A DNA stretch of 64,000 bases from Octopus sinensis. Taxonomy: Eukaryota. Made by a program: the position numbers and the translations under genes. The stretch lies in NCBI RefSeq assembly GCF_006345805.1, contig NC_043007.1, forward strand, positions 57,474,001 to 57,538,000, written 5' to 3'. Positions 43,130-56,832 of this stretch are shown here, in pieces; positions within the stretch are counted from its first letter, which is position 1, and each line of letters begins with the position of its first letter. The notes below the pieces were generated by a model that made no database searches, was not told where the DNA came from, and saw only the letters and a list, made by a program, of their open reading frames with translations.

Positions 43130-43320
43130 TGCTTGATAGACCTCAACTTTCGTTTGCTGTTTTGATGTACGATTGTGACCCAAGCCTTGATCGAAGCTTT
43201 CCGAATGCATAACGGGCCTTAGAAAGTCTATAACTAATCTCCTTGCCAAGTTTATTAAATCTAGATACTGTGTTACTAATGTAGACAAAAGTATTTACGG
43301 TGTCTAACATTTTACACTTC
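43130..43320 (-). mobile_element. RTE-clade LINE fragment (region C-terminal to RT)
   Basis: Minus strand reads SKLGKEISYRLSKARYAFGKLRSRL..EVYQA, typical of RTE ORF2. Confidence 0.6.
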
Positions 43321-43399
43321 ACGTATATCGATGATGAGATATATGTTTTGCCTGTTGCTGGTTTTCTGGTTGTTGCATGATCATAGTCATCATAAGATT

Positions 43400-44073
43400 G
43401 ATTGCAAGTCCAAATTCATTATACACGCCTCAGTGTGAGTTACAAGATTACAATCATCAGCGAAAGGTAAATCTTAAAGACACGCTCAAAATGATCAATT
43501 TTGATACTAACACCTGGAGAGATATTGCATCAAAAATAATCCACTTGCTACAGGTATGAAATAACTCGAGCACATTGTTGCACACACTGGGTAAAGGGTA
43601 AAGGGAAAAGATCCCCTTCGATCATGATTGACCATGGGATTTCACCTGAGGCACAAATCTGGACTAGGTTGTTTATGGAAGACTAGCAGTCGCCCATGCA
43701 TACCAGCTTCCCTTCACCATGCTACCGATATTATCCAAGGGTAAGACAAAGCCGATACAGCTTGGAATCGGTGACTTCGCCACTCATTTCTACGGCTGAG
43801 TGAACTGGAGCAACGTGAAATAAAGTGTCTTACTCAAGAGCACAACATACAGCCCGATCCGGTTTTCGAACTCACTACCTCATGATTGTGAGCTTGATGT
43901 TCCAACCACTGAGCTATGCGGAGTTGATTTGTAAATGTGTGAAAGATGTGAACCCTCTCCCTGAGAAGAGTACGAAAGAGTTTCTTTCATGTGATTATTG
44001 TAGCTGTAAGGTAGGCCTACTCAGCCACAAGCGTAGTCATGGAGGCACCGCGCTCCCCCAATATGATATCTAG
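43400..44073 (+). mobile_element. RTE-clade LINE 3' end interrupted by a family C SINE (43588-43920, minus)
   Basis: KDTLKMINFDTNTWRDIAS lies before the SINE and the zinc-finger-like CDYCSCKVGLLSHKRSH after it. Confidence 0.6.
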
Positions 44074-44489
44074 CATGCTTTCTAGTGCATTTTGAGTAAC
44101 AAAGTGTAGATGTCAACCACTTGACTCACTCGACATTATAAATCCTAACATCAATATAGCCAGGCTGGAAAATTAACTTGTAATCGATGTAAAATGATTT
44201 CTAAGTCTCTTGACGTCTATTATAGCTTCTTCAGAGCTAGAGCTATAATATACGTCATCAGCGACAAATGTAAAGTGTTTCTTAGAATGAAATGAGTTTA
44301 AGAAGTTGTCTTTACTCAGTCACAACTAGACTTCAACCATATATATATATATATATAAATGTATGTATGTATGTATGTATGTATGTATGTATGTATGTAT
44401 GTATGTATGTATGTATGTATGTATGCATGTATGTATGTATGTATGTATGTATGTATGTATGTATGTATGTATGTATGTATGTATGTATG

Positions 44490-44528
<39 letters not shown>

Positions 44529-44550
44529 ATATATATATATAATATATATA

Positions 44551-44583
<33 letters not shown>

Positions 44584-44589
44584 AACACT

Positions 44590-45703
44590 GTTTTGAGACA
44601 ATATGATTAATTAGAAATTCTCTCACAAGGTTAAGGTTTGCACGTAGAAGAGGAACTAGAAACAAAAGATAAAAATAAGTAATATGAAGAAACGTATGAC
44701 CAGGTAATTTAATCCGCAAACATGACTCCGATTTCAGATGAATTTAAAGAACAAGTATACATGATACTTTAAAATTATAAATACATAGAAATTTTTTTAA
44801 TCTGTAAGTAAATAAATATATTAAATAAATATATGTGTGTATAAGATAATAGATTTTTAAAAATCTCCAGATGCACACATAAATACATTAAAACATACAT
44901 GCATATATTGAAGAAACTGTGAAGTGGTAATGGAAGTGAAATAAAAGATACAAGGAGAAAAGAAGTTAAAAGTCAGGATAGTTCAAATTAGTTAAAATTT
45001 GGTACAAACGGCTGTTTCTAGAGGTTAATTACCGGTAAAAATAAAGGGATATGATAACCATTATTTAGCAATCCCTCCTTCTTCAGGGTAACAAGTTTTA
45101 TAAGTTGACAATGACAAATGAGACCTAGAGGTAATTTTTTCTTTATATTTAGATAAGAGGCATGGGTGGGGAAAAAAGAGAATTAAATATATTCAAATAA
45201 AAATATTCATGGCAAGGAATAAAAGTTTATTTTGAACTGTAGTTCAATTCTAATCAAAGTCACTATAGAGTAAAAATATTGTGTAAATTTCATGTTTACA
45301 TGAGAAAATCACATATGATAATTTATTAAGTAGCGATAGATTCTGCACTCGAAGAATGATGAGCGCTTCATTTATACATAATTTGCACTTACCTAAGTTA
45401 GTATTATATGAGGGAGCTTCGGATTCAATGGACCATTTTAGTGTATACATTCTGTTTTTTTTTTAATTTTGAGCTTGTGGTTATAGTTAGCAAGTATAGT
45501 AACCGTTTTATATTTAGGATCATTAAAAGAGTTGATATGAGTTCGATGTCTACTCTTAAAATCGGAGGTACTACCGTTGTATATTTTAGGTTGTGCATCT
45601 TGTGTGGATACCTGACATTTATAAATAACGTTATATCGCGTTGAACTGATACACCTGCTTGTTGTTCCTTCACATGTCTTCGTCTTTTGTTTTCTGTAAA
45701 TTT

Positions 45704-45705
<2 letters not shown>
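44590..45705 (-). mobile_element. Penelope-like element 3' remnant with a degenerate hammerhead (45003-45090)
   Basis: ORF 45250-45450, LKWSIESEAPSY...KCKLCINEALII..LLNKLS....CKH, resembles a PLE C-terminus. Downstream motif: tacc-CTGAAGA-aggagg..cctcta-GAAA-cagccg-TT-tgta. Confidence 0.7.
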
Positions 45706-45740
<35 letters not shown>

Positions 45741-45745
45741 ATATA

Positions 45746-45795
<50 letters not shown>

Positions 45796-45799
45796 CCTA

Positions 45800-45968
45800 C
45801 CTTGTCGGAATGAATGAAAGAGGAGTATATAGAAAGCCGACAACTGATAAAGGGTCGTTCTTTGTGTTACTTTTCCTGCTTTCCATTTGTTTCTCTCGTT
45901 GTTTGCCTATTGAACTCATTTGGTTTCGAATTTCATGTTGTTTACTGTTGGTGACGTCCTGTACCCAT
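45800..45968 (+). repeat. Short 'gtcctgtac' family copy starting at a hammerhead stem I hairpin
   Basis: ttgtcgg..ccgacaa-CTGATAA-aggg..gtgacgtcctgtaccc. Confidence 0.6.
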
Positions 45969-46451
45969 ACAGCCATATATATATATATATACACATACAC
46001 ACACACATATATATATATATATATCTATATGTGTGTGTGTGTATATATATATATATACGTCTGTGGTTGTGTGTATGTATTCACACACACCACACATACA
46101 CGCACGTATTATGTTCATGCTACTACCGCTGTTTCCCTACGTCACTTCTTATTACGCTAACAAAACTCGAGGAAAGCTATCTCGTATCATAAACATCTAT
46201 GAGCATCTCGTTGAAACAATGTATGCAGAGAATATACATACATGCATGTATATATGGGTACATACATACACGGGTACATAAATGCATGTATATATAAAAA
46301 TATATGCATATATATAGATATACTCATACATATATATATGTATATATATGTATGTACGTATATATATGGATGTGTACGTAGCTTATATATATGCATACTC
46401 ACACACTCATACATATATTCATACATACATACACGCATATATGTATATATA

Positions 46452-46487
<36 letters not shown>

Positions 46488-47012
46488 TGTATGTATGTAT
46501 GTATGTATGTATCTATATATATATATATGGTAAAAAATGTATTAAACTACAGAGAAAGAGACAGGGTCAGTTTGTGAAGAGGGAATGAGAGTGGGGACAA
46601 GAGCCCGATAGAGAAAGAGAGACAGTGTTAGAGAGGGCCTGGATTAATATGAAGTAGACGAATGGTCAAAGAATCACGAAGTGAATTGGAGGGAAAAGTA
46701 CAAGAAACTGGAAACAAATGAGAGGAAGAGCTGCAGAGTAAGATCAAGAGTAAAGAAGATAGAGAGAAGGAATGTACGGGAGGGTGGAATGGAAGAGAGA
46801 GTGATAGTTATAAGTGAGGGTGAGCAGATGATAGTGAACGATATGTAAACCTCGGGGGTAAAACCATTAAAACGTATAGAGGTTAACAAAATATGCACAC
46901 ATGTCCACACGTCATTTCATCAAGTGCTTCCCAAAGTGACGTATGTGGACCGTAACACTCGTTTGCATTGGCAGACCGGCACATCTACACACACTCTCAC
47001 ACACACTCACTG

Positions 47013-47044
<32 letters not shown>

Positions 47045-47282
47045 ACACACACACATATGCATATAAATATTTATCTAGCAGTCTATTCATTTCTGTCACA
47101 TACACGTTCATATGTACACATATGCATATATATGTATGTATAAATGTATGTATGTATATGTGTGCGTTTATATATATGTTTGTGTGTGTGTGTATGTGAG
47201 TGCATGTGCATACATACACATATATAGATACACACACGCACATACGCAAACGCACACACGTATCCTTCTATCTATATACCCA

Positions 47283-47344
<62 letters not shown>

Positions 47345-48123
47345 CCTATCTATCTATCCTAAATTCATCTAGTAGCTAGCTAGTTTGCCTATCTACCTCT
47401 CTGTACGTACATGTCTAAGCTATTTGCCTGTCTATATATGTCGAGTCTTTTTTGTTTTTATCATACATATACACGCATGCATCAATTTAAGTCGTCACAC
47501 GCTCAGTGCTAACGGCCGCACGAAAAACACTCAAGGACGGACGCGCACGGCGGAATTGACAGCGTGCTCATGCACGCGCATGCGCACATCTGTAGCCAGC
47601 TTATCCATAATCCGGCAAGCATACAAACAATAATCATGGCACATCGAGCTTCACACATATACAGCCACACACACACACACACGCACACACACACACACAC
47701 ATGCACACCACATACACACATAGACACAGTTCAAACGTCTCCTTTTCGTGGCTTATTACTTTCCTGCTAAATCTCCCCACTCACTCAAATATATGCGCAT
47801 CATCAGCACCAGCAAAGCTGCACACATGAATACACATGTATAAACATATGGAAAGGCGAGTCTTTAGCCCAACATGTAATTGCTATCAGATCGTATAGAT
47901 GTCCCCGGGGCACAAGGTTGCACTATCAACACTGCCTCAGACAGAACAGATGCTGCTGGTCTGTGTATTTGTTCAGACTAGCGACCAGAGTTTTTCATTA
48001 AAACAGCAGACACATTAATCTATATAACGAACGTGATTCTCTTCTAATTTACACAGTCAAAACACACGCACATACAAACACACACACGAACACACATACA
48101 TACACACAAACATACACACTCAT

Positions 48124-48169
<46 letters not shown>

Positions 48170-48349
48170 ATACACACAAACAGCCATACATACATATATA
48201 TCTACTCAGACATACATTGATATATATACACATATATGTTTGTATATACATATGTATGTATATGTATATATATAAATAAATATATATATATATATAAATG
48301 TATATATATATATATATTATATATATATATATATATTATATATATATAA

Positions 48350-48405
<56 letters not shown>

Positions 48406-48942
48406 TTACATGCATAAATATACATATAAGTATGTGTATGTATGTATGTATATATATATGCACATATGTGCATATACATTGATATACATACGCATTTATG
48501 TCTATATATAAACGCATACGTATGCGTGCGTGTATGTATATACGTATGTGTGCATGCATGTATATATGTACGTATGTATGTTGATGCTGTGTTCATTATC
48601 ACATATGTATGTGTGAGCGCGTGCGTCTGCCAGTCTGTCGTAGCAGCATCGAGACTCGATCTTCCATCGAACGGCCATCAATCATCAGCCATTGCGGCTT
48701 CGCAGTCTGTTGAAAGTGGTGTTATCGTTCCTGATGGTCCCTGTCGGCAGACAGGGGACGCTACAAGCAGAGCGTGACCACTGCTTTATTTATTCATTTC
48801 TTGATTTCCTCATCGTCTCCCCCACCTCTCTCTCTCCCTCTCTCTCTCTCTTTCTCTCCCTCTTGCGCTTTCTTTCTATATTCATATACATGCATACATA
48901 TATAAATATATGCATATATATATATGTATATATATATATAAT

Positions 48943-49007
<65 letters not shown>

Positions 49008-49939
49008 ACATGTATGTATGTATGTATATGTGCATACAGTTATACACACACACATATATATTTATATGTAAGTATGTATGTGTATGTATGTATTCGTGTG
49101 TGTGTACTTTTCTTGTATTTGTTTATGAAATTTTGTTGTTTTTTCCCATTTCTGCTGCTTTAGTTTAGGAAAGAGTGAGAAAGAGAGAGATATCTTTTGT
49201 TTGTTATGCCTTCAATGTATCATATTGCTGCTCAAAGCATCATATATAACTTTAATCAATGCCATGTTTTTCAGCAAACACAAAAGCGACTTTAAAGTCC
49301 ATTTGTAACGGGAATGGCGCAAAGCTACTTCGATCGAATACCATGGTTACCAATGAGCGTTTATATTTTGTTTGCTGTTCTTTTTTTTTTAGTTTCGTTG
49401 ATTGTTTCTCTTTTTTTTTGTTTAAATCTTGATACTTTTGAGATGGTAGGATTAGTTTATTTCTGTTTTTATTTATTTGTTTTATCCATTTATTTCAGCG
49501 TTTGTGGCTTTTTACCATTTTTATAATTTCGTCTGGTTGGTTGGTTAGTTTTATTGAGGATATCGGATTAAAAGTAAATTAAAATAATTCTTTCTAAACA
49601 ATCAGAATATTGTTGATGAGGAGAAGGTAATACGGGAATAAGATGGATGGGTAAGGATGAAGAGGAGAATGAGGTTGGAGAGGAGGAAGAGTGGGAGGTT
49701 TTCTTTGAGTTCTAAGTTTGATGAATAATGAAAATTTCTTGTTTAAAAGAGAAGAATTTGGCATAGTTTGACTTTAACGTTGTTATTGTTAAATCCACTG
49801 AGAAGAGGAAATTCTTCAGGTTGGATATGAAGAGGGTAGAACAGATCTAAAAGGACTCACTAGTTCTCAGGATATAAACTTTGACAGTTTTAAGAACACA
49901 CACACACACATTTACACGCATGCATACATACATAAATAT

Positions 49940-50101
49940 GGTGCCGGAGTTGCTGTGTGGTAAGTAGCTTGCTTACCAATCACATGGTTCCGGGTTCAGT
50001 TCCACTGCGTGGCACCTTAGGCAAGTGTTTTCTACTATAGCCTCGGGCTGACCAAAGCCTTGTGAGTGGATTTGGTAGACGGAAACTGAAGGAAGCCCGT
50101 C

Positions 50102-50160
<59 letters not shown>

Positions 50161-50400
50161 ATATGTATGTATGTATGTATGTGTATATGTTTGTGTGTCT
50201 GTTTGTCCCCCCCAACATCGCTTGACAACCGATGCTGGTGTGTTTACATCCCAGTAACATAGCGGTTCGGCAAAAGAGACCGATAGAATAAGTACTAGGC
50301 TTACAAAGAATAAGTCCTGGGGACGATTTGCTCGACTACATGCGGTGCTCCAGCATGGCCGCAGTCAAATTACTGAAACAAATGAAAGAATAAAAGAAAA
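49940..50400 (+). mobile_element. Full-length family A SINE
   Basis: Collinear with 37165-37580. Confidence 0.9.
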
Positions 50401-50988
50401 AAGAATATATATACAGATATATATATATATACATACAAACACATACACACATACACATATACGCATACATACATACATACTTACCTACCTACCTACCTAC
50501 CTACATACATACATACATACATACATACATACATACATACATACATAATGCATGCATACATGTACAAATACATACATACATACATACGTAAATGCATACA
50601 TACGTATATATTAGAAGAAATGAGGTACTCAGAAATTCGGATGGCTTTATATTTACAAATATTTATTTGTATATTACATGTTTTATACATCATATATCAT
50701 ATAATAGCGCTTTCGTACATTCTAGTGGAGTTGTATAGATACTTACATACATGCTTACGTACATAGTTACATATATATGTTCATACATGCAAGCGATTTA
50801 CCATATTCATATTTATGTAGACATACTCATATATACATATATACATGCATGCATACGTTCATACATACACACACACATACATACATACATACATGCTTGC
50901 ATACATCATACATACATACATATATACATACGTACATACATACATACATACACACATACATACATACATACATACATACATACATACA

Positions 50989-51019
<31 letters not shown>

Positions 51020-51408
51020 GTATATACATAGGTACATAATTACATATATACGTACATATATGCAAGCGATTAACCAAGAATTCTTTGTATCATGCATAAT
51101 CGATTACTTAACTCAATCAGATCTTTCCATTGCTGGATTTTCTTTATTTATCGCAACTGCTTCATCTCGAAGCTATAACCACCGCAGAGAAATGGCAGAG
51201 TCGATAAATAAAGTACAAGTACAAGGATTAGCGGCATTTTAAGAACGTCGGATTGGTGGCCTTGCAGAATTTATTTTGTCTTTAACAGAGTCCACTCTGC
51301 TGCAAGCATTCGGACCATGTTTCCGTTTTGAGAATGTCTCCCCCCCCGTCCCCACCACTATTGGACGTCTTGTAAGTGACATGGACATAGGTATCCCTCC
51401 TTCCTTAA

Positions 51409-51628
51409 ACCTTTTGCATTTAATCTGGTCATATCCAACCAAAATATTTTACCTGTTTTATGCATAAACTGGTTAAATCTGGCCTTTCGCATCAATCCTA
51501 CAGTATCATTCTAAAAATTGACAGTAACATCTTCGGGATCTCAAAGCTACAAAATAATGCAGGATTAATTTAAAACAATGTGAATAAATAAGCATTACTT
51601 TTGACAGATTAATGTTAATGCTAAAAGG
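51409..51628. mobile_element. piggyBac/Kolobok-type MITE
   Basis: TTAA on both sides. Termini ccttttgcatt / aatgctaaaagg. Confidence 0.6.
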
Positions 51629-52872
51629 TTAAAATGAAAAAAATAGGAAGGTGTGATCCCAGCAGTTGAACTCAAATGAAAGACTGTAATTGTATAGTGC
51701 CTGCTCTCCTTGTAACAGTATGATACATCAGTTTCTGAGATTTGTTTACAGACTGGTGAATTGAACCATTAAAAAAATAGTGTGTGTATGTGTGTGTGTG
51801 TGTGTTGTCTATAAACACTAAACAATACTAGATATGCGATGTGAGCTATTAGTCATTCGACAATATACATAATTGGAATGTCGTGTTAAGTTTTTTTTAT
51901 TTTGTTTTAAGGAATTTATATATTTTATTAAAATTTAACACACAAATAAAAACAGGGAAAAAGAGGGAGAAGAAGGAAAAAAGAGATACGTAAAGCAGCA
52001 GAAGATGGAGGAGAAGGTGGCAGTGGGTCTCATCCTCCTGAACAAATGGTGCACTCAACCGTGCCCCACGGTAATGACCATGATGATTGCTTTCATTTCG
52101 GAGAGAATGATCAAGAGACATAATGAAAACCGATCACATCGTAAGACCGTGCTATGTAAGACATTATAAAAGACAACTTCCCAGATTTGAACTTACAGCA
52201 TCTCGGTTTAAAGTTGAATCGGCTTTCAACTAACATCATCATATTTGGTAATGTTGAGCATAACTAACAACAAAACATCTTTGATCTTAATCGACGCAGA
52301 CGCTGACACATTTTGCAGCTATCGCGTTTGGCGGCAGTTTTGATAGGCAATACAGAAAGGGATTCCTCTAGAAAATTTTAGTAAGCTTATAGAATCCCTG
52401 CATTACAGCTTTCTATATAGATATTAGTATTTACGTTCGGAAGTTATGTAAGCTATTTGGTCAGGTTTGTAAAGCATCTCACTATTTTCTCTCTACTTCT
52501 TAACCGCCCTTTGTTTCACGCATATTTAATTACAGAAATACGTGTCGGAATTGTTGGTTATATTTACTAGGTTTTTACCCGTCGCTACACTGCCTGTAAA
52601 AATATCTGCTAATCATGCACATACCTTCTTTTAATAGTAGACTGTTATATTGTTAAAGTCTCGTTAGTTACTCTAGTGACAATAGCCTTCCTATCTATCT
52701 TATCTTTCACACATACACACACATACACACGCACACAGACACAGACACAGACACACACACACACACACACACTCTCTCTCTCTCTCTCTCACTTTCTCTC
52801 TCTCTCTCTACCTCTGTCATTGTATTTCTTTCTCTACAACAACCTTTTATTTTACTTGAAACAAATTTCAAT

Positions 52873-52909
<37 letters not shown>

Positions 52910-53184
52910 GTCTATCTCTCTCTTTCTATCTCTCTGCATTTTTCTCTCAACAACAACAACGTTATTAAAAACGTTGTTGGAAATATTGTCTTCTCAAATT
53001 GTCAAATCTTCTTGAACACTTAACCATAAAGTCACTGAAAAATCTCACATAAGAACAATAACTCTTCATAATTTTTCGTGTAATATTTGAACACACTCCC
53101 CTATGTTTGAAAAATATGTCTCAGTGCCTTAAACCATCGCAGATAATAAGACTAATTATTTCTTTTACTGTTCATTGTTCAAGG

Positions 53185-53474
53185 CAGTGCTACTCAACTT
53201 GATGGTCCGCGGATCGGTGCCGGTCAGTGAGCCATCAGCTGCTGGTACGCGGCGAGTTTCCAGAAAAGAGAGAAAGATTTATAAAATGTTTATGTAATAT
53301 TCTATTACTGGTTTACAAAATAAATATACGATTAAAAAAATGTCAACTTTTATTATATTCATTATATATATTGTTTCCGGTATAAATCAAAATTACTAAG
53401 AAATATTACCGGTCTCTAGCACATTGGAAAAAAAAACTGCTGATACGCCACATCAGATAGTTTGAGAAGCACTG
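53185..53474. mobile_element. hAT-type MITE
   Basis: Termini cagtgctactcaa / ttgagaagcactg with an imperfect 8-bp TSD gttcaagg / gcttaagg. Confidence 0.75.
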
Positions 53475-54519
53475 GCTTAAGGTATACATTCCTTAGAAAA
53501 GTTCCAATATCAGCAGAGATTCAATTAGCTGAGAATTCGCAGGTAAGTTCTCATATCCTATAAAAACTAACTTTACTTGTTTGATTTAAAATCAGAGAAG
53601 CTCTTGGAATGGCCGAGTCGACAAGATTCTGAATAAGCTACAAAAAATTCAACGCAACCCTGACGTAGCACCACCACCATCATCATCATCATCATCATCG
53701 TCATCATCTACATTGAAATTGTATTCGTCGTCGTGGTCGTCGGCGCCATCATCATCATCATCATCAACATCATCATCATCATTGTTGTTGTTGTCGTGGT
53801 CGTCGTCTCCATCTTCATCATCATCTGCTCTTGTCAGTGTCTTTATTTAGCGAGACCTTCGTTATATTCCTGTCATCATTTCCGTCTCTACATGTCAACT
53901 CAGCACCATAACAGAAGCCCAAACAATGCAGCTTAATTCTCAGGTCTATAACTTCTACTTCTCCAGAGTAGACTCGTAAATGAATTAATTAATATCATTA
54001 AACATCTCGCATCATAAAATGTCTAACTTTATTAGATTAATGGGGCCATAAAAGTAGAAATATCATAAGTTGTCCTTTTAAAAGAAAGATATTATTTGTC
54101 TGAAAGTATAAAATTTGTTTGCTTGGTAAGAAATGCCAAGTCGTAAATGGTCCAACGTCGTAAAATTGACCACATCATTTAATTTGAACAGTTTGAGAAT
54201 TGTAACAATAATGCTTACTTCTTTCGTTACAGCGTAAGGTCATGTATTTATAGTGAAAGTGAAATATTTGTTTTATATTCAAGCCTGTCTGAAGCTCACT
54301 TGAAACATAAGTGAAATGAAATAGCTAACACCAGGATTCGAACTTTGGCCGCTGACTGCTCTCTAGGAATTTACATCAAGCTAGACATTGCGTGATTCCG
54401 TTATAAAATTATCTCCCTTTACGAATGCATTATATTCCTCGTCGTGGGATGAATATCAAGATTTCCAATAGAATATACGAACTGTGGATTAGGGTAAGAA
54501 AATCAGCGTTACAATTTAT

Positions 54520-54955
54520 CTTTTACTTGTTTCGGTTATTAGACTGCGACCATCCTGGGGGACCGCTTTGAGGAATTTTCATTCGAATAAATCAATCCCA
54601 GGACTTACTCTTTGTAAGCCTAGTACTTATTCTATCACTCTCCTTTGCCGAACCGCTACCTTAAGAGGACATAAACACACCAAAAGGGGATATTAACACA
54701 TCAACACGTGTCAAGCTGTAGTGGGAATAAACACAGAAACAAAGACATACACACGCATTCACAAACACACACTCACACACACGCACACACACACACAAAC
54801 ACAGACATACACACATAGATAACAGGCTTCTTTCAGTTTCCGTTTACCAAATCTACTCATGTGGCATTGGTCGGCCCGAGACTATGACGGAAGACACTTG
54901 CTGAAGGTGTCACGCAGTTGGAACTGAACTCGAAGCCATGTGATTGGGGAGCAAC
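54520..54955 (-). mobile_element. Diverged family A SINE
   Basis: The reverse complement matches the family A body and tail. Confidence 0.8.
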
Positions 54956-55039
54956 GAATAAAATTAAAAGTATACTTTCCTTGATGCAACGGTAATAGCA
55001 TCTTCTTAGTAATATAAGCGCAGAAGATAAATAGCTGAC

Positions 55040-55350
55040 AAAATCATTACCGCACCGGACAAATTGCTAAGCGGCATCTCTTCTGACTTTACGTTCCATG
55101 TTCAAATGATGCTGAGGTCGACATTACCTTTCAAGATTTCGAATTCGAGAAAATAAGTACCAGTTGAGTATTGGGGTTGATATAATCAACAACCGCGCCT
55201 CACCGAAATTGCTGTTTGGTTAAGAAGTTCGGTTTGAAACCACGTGATTTCGGAATAAGTCTCTCACGTTGGGAAAGTGCCTTCTAATATAGCCGGGGCT
55301 AACCAAAGTCTTGTAAGTTTGGTGAATGGAAACTGTGTGGAAGCCCGTCA
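55040..55350 (+). mobile_element. Diverged family B SINE followed by a family A 5' fragment
   Basis: aaataagtaccagttgagtattgggg, then gtttggttaagaag..tctaatatagccggggctaaccaaag. Confidence 0.6.
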
Positions 55351-55398
55351 CATATATATATATGTGTGTGTGTATGTGTATGTGTGTGCGTGAGTATG

Positions 55399-55490
<92 letters not shown>

Positions 55491-55609
55491 TGTGTATATA
55501 TACTTACATAAAGTTAATCCAAACAAGAAAGCAGAAAAAACACAACAGCGCGAGGACGTGGAACAAGTATAGTATTATTGGACGCTCAGGAAAGAAGGAA
55601 AGAAGGAGG

Positions 55610-55644
55610 GTTTAACGTTTCGAGCGGAGCTCTTCGTCGGAAAC
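55610..55644 (-). ncRNA. Minimal type I hammerhead (U4C substitution) in a pLTR-like repeat at 55510-55722
   Basis: Minus strand: gttt-CCGACGA-a-gagc tcc gctc-GAAA-cg-TT-aaac. Confidence 0.7.
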
Positions 55645-55741
55645 ATAGGGAAAGGAAAGATCCAGAGAAGGGAAGACAGAGGGAAAAAAATCGCCAACGG
55701 TACACACGCGGTCACATTTTGAATGATATATATGTATGTAC

Positions 55742-56590
55742 ATAATTTAGAGAAAAAACACTATTAAGTAATTCAATAAAGAAACATGTTATTCACACCG
55801 TATAGAAAATATATACTATAAAAAAAACTCATTTTAAATCAATAAAGAACAATAAATAGTAAATAGTAGTAAAAAGACTATGCACGTTTCATGGCTACAT
55901 TTTCAAATAGACAATAATAATAAAATCAATTCGATTCAAAGTTAAATTGAACTAAAATTAATTCTATTTAAAAATATAGTCACTCATCAGGTTTAAGATA
56001 ATAAATAATAAAAAAATAATAGAATAAATGTACTTATCTTAACTTATACTGCTTATCAAATAAATATATAAAAATACGTGTATTAACTATAAATAATCGA
56101 AAAGCATTCATCAATCTTTCTTAAAATGAAAATATAACTTATCTTTACGAAGGATTTTCGTTAACTCTTTTCTTAAAATATTAGTTTTAATATTTATTTG
56201 ATAATTAGTATAAGTTACGATAAGTACATTTATTCTCTTATTATTTATTATTATTTATTATCTTAAACCTGATGAGTGACTATATTTTTAAATAGAATTA
56301 GTTCAATTTATTTTTGAATCGAATTGATTTTATCATAATTATCTGTTTGAAAATGTAGCCATGAAACTTGCGTAGTCTTTTTACTAATATTTACTATTTA
56401 TTGTACTTTATTGATTTAAAATAAGGTTTTTTATAGTATATGTTTTCTATATGGTGTGAATAACATCTTTCTTTATTGAAATTAATTAATAGTGGTTTTT
56501 CTCTAACTTACATATATTATATATTGTGAAATTTGATTTAAAATTGTTAAATTGTAAGTTTTGGAATTGTATTCCCTACTATTAGTATTA
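55742..56590. mobile_element. Second AT-rich fold-back element with twin opposed hammerheads (same family as 17430-18675)
   Basis: About 55742-56065 is inverted at about 56195-56510. CTGATGA-gtgactatatttt..aaaatgtagccat-GAAA..TC at 56265-56381 (+) and 55871-55995 (-). Confidence 0.8.
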
Positions 56591-56632
56591 TATACACACA
56601 CAAACACACACACACACACTTATATATATATA

Positions 56633-56671
<39 letters not shown>

Positions 56672-56754
56672 GTAACACAAAGGGTGGAATTTCGATTATC
56701 CCCACGTGGTGAGTTGTAATGTAATATATATATATATATATATATATTATGTCA

Positions 56755-56832
56755 GGTCACTTTCGAGTGCTACTGGTAGCATGTAACCCAGTACAACTTG
56801 TTGCATGGTCGGGTCGTCGGCAACTAAACCGG
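56755..56832 (+). ncRNA. HDV-like ribozyme fold (partly decayed) at the 5' end of an RTE-5'UTR-like repeat
   Basis: P1 ggtcac/atggtc, J1/2 hairpin tgctac/gtagca, P2 ccagt/accgg, P3 aca/tgc, L3 acttgt, GG, short P4, J4/2 CTAA. Begins a few bases after (TA)n. Confidence 0.55.

Noticed and set aside
44211-44265. Hairpin tgacgtctattatagct..agctataatatacgtca with minus-strand CTGATGA
   Set aside because: No GAAA or stem III follows the stem. It is only a short inverted repeat.
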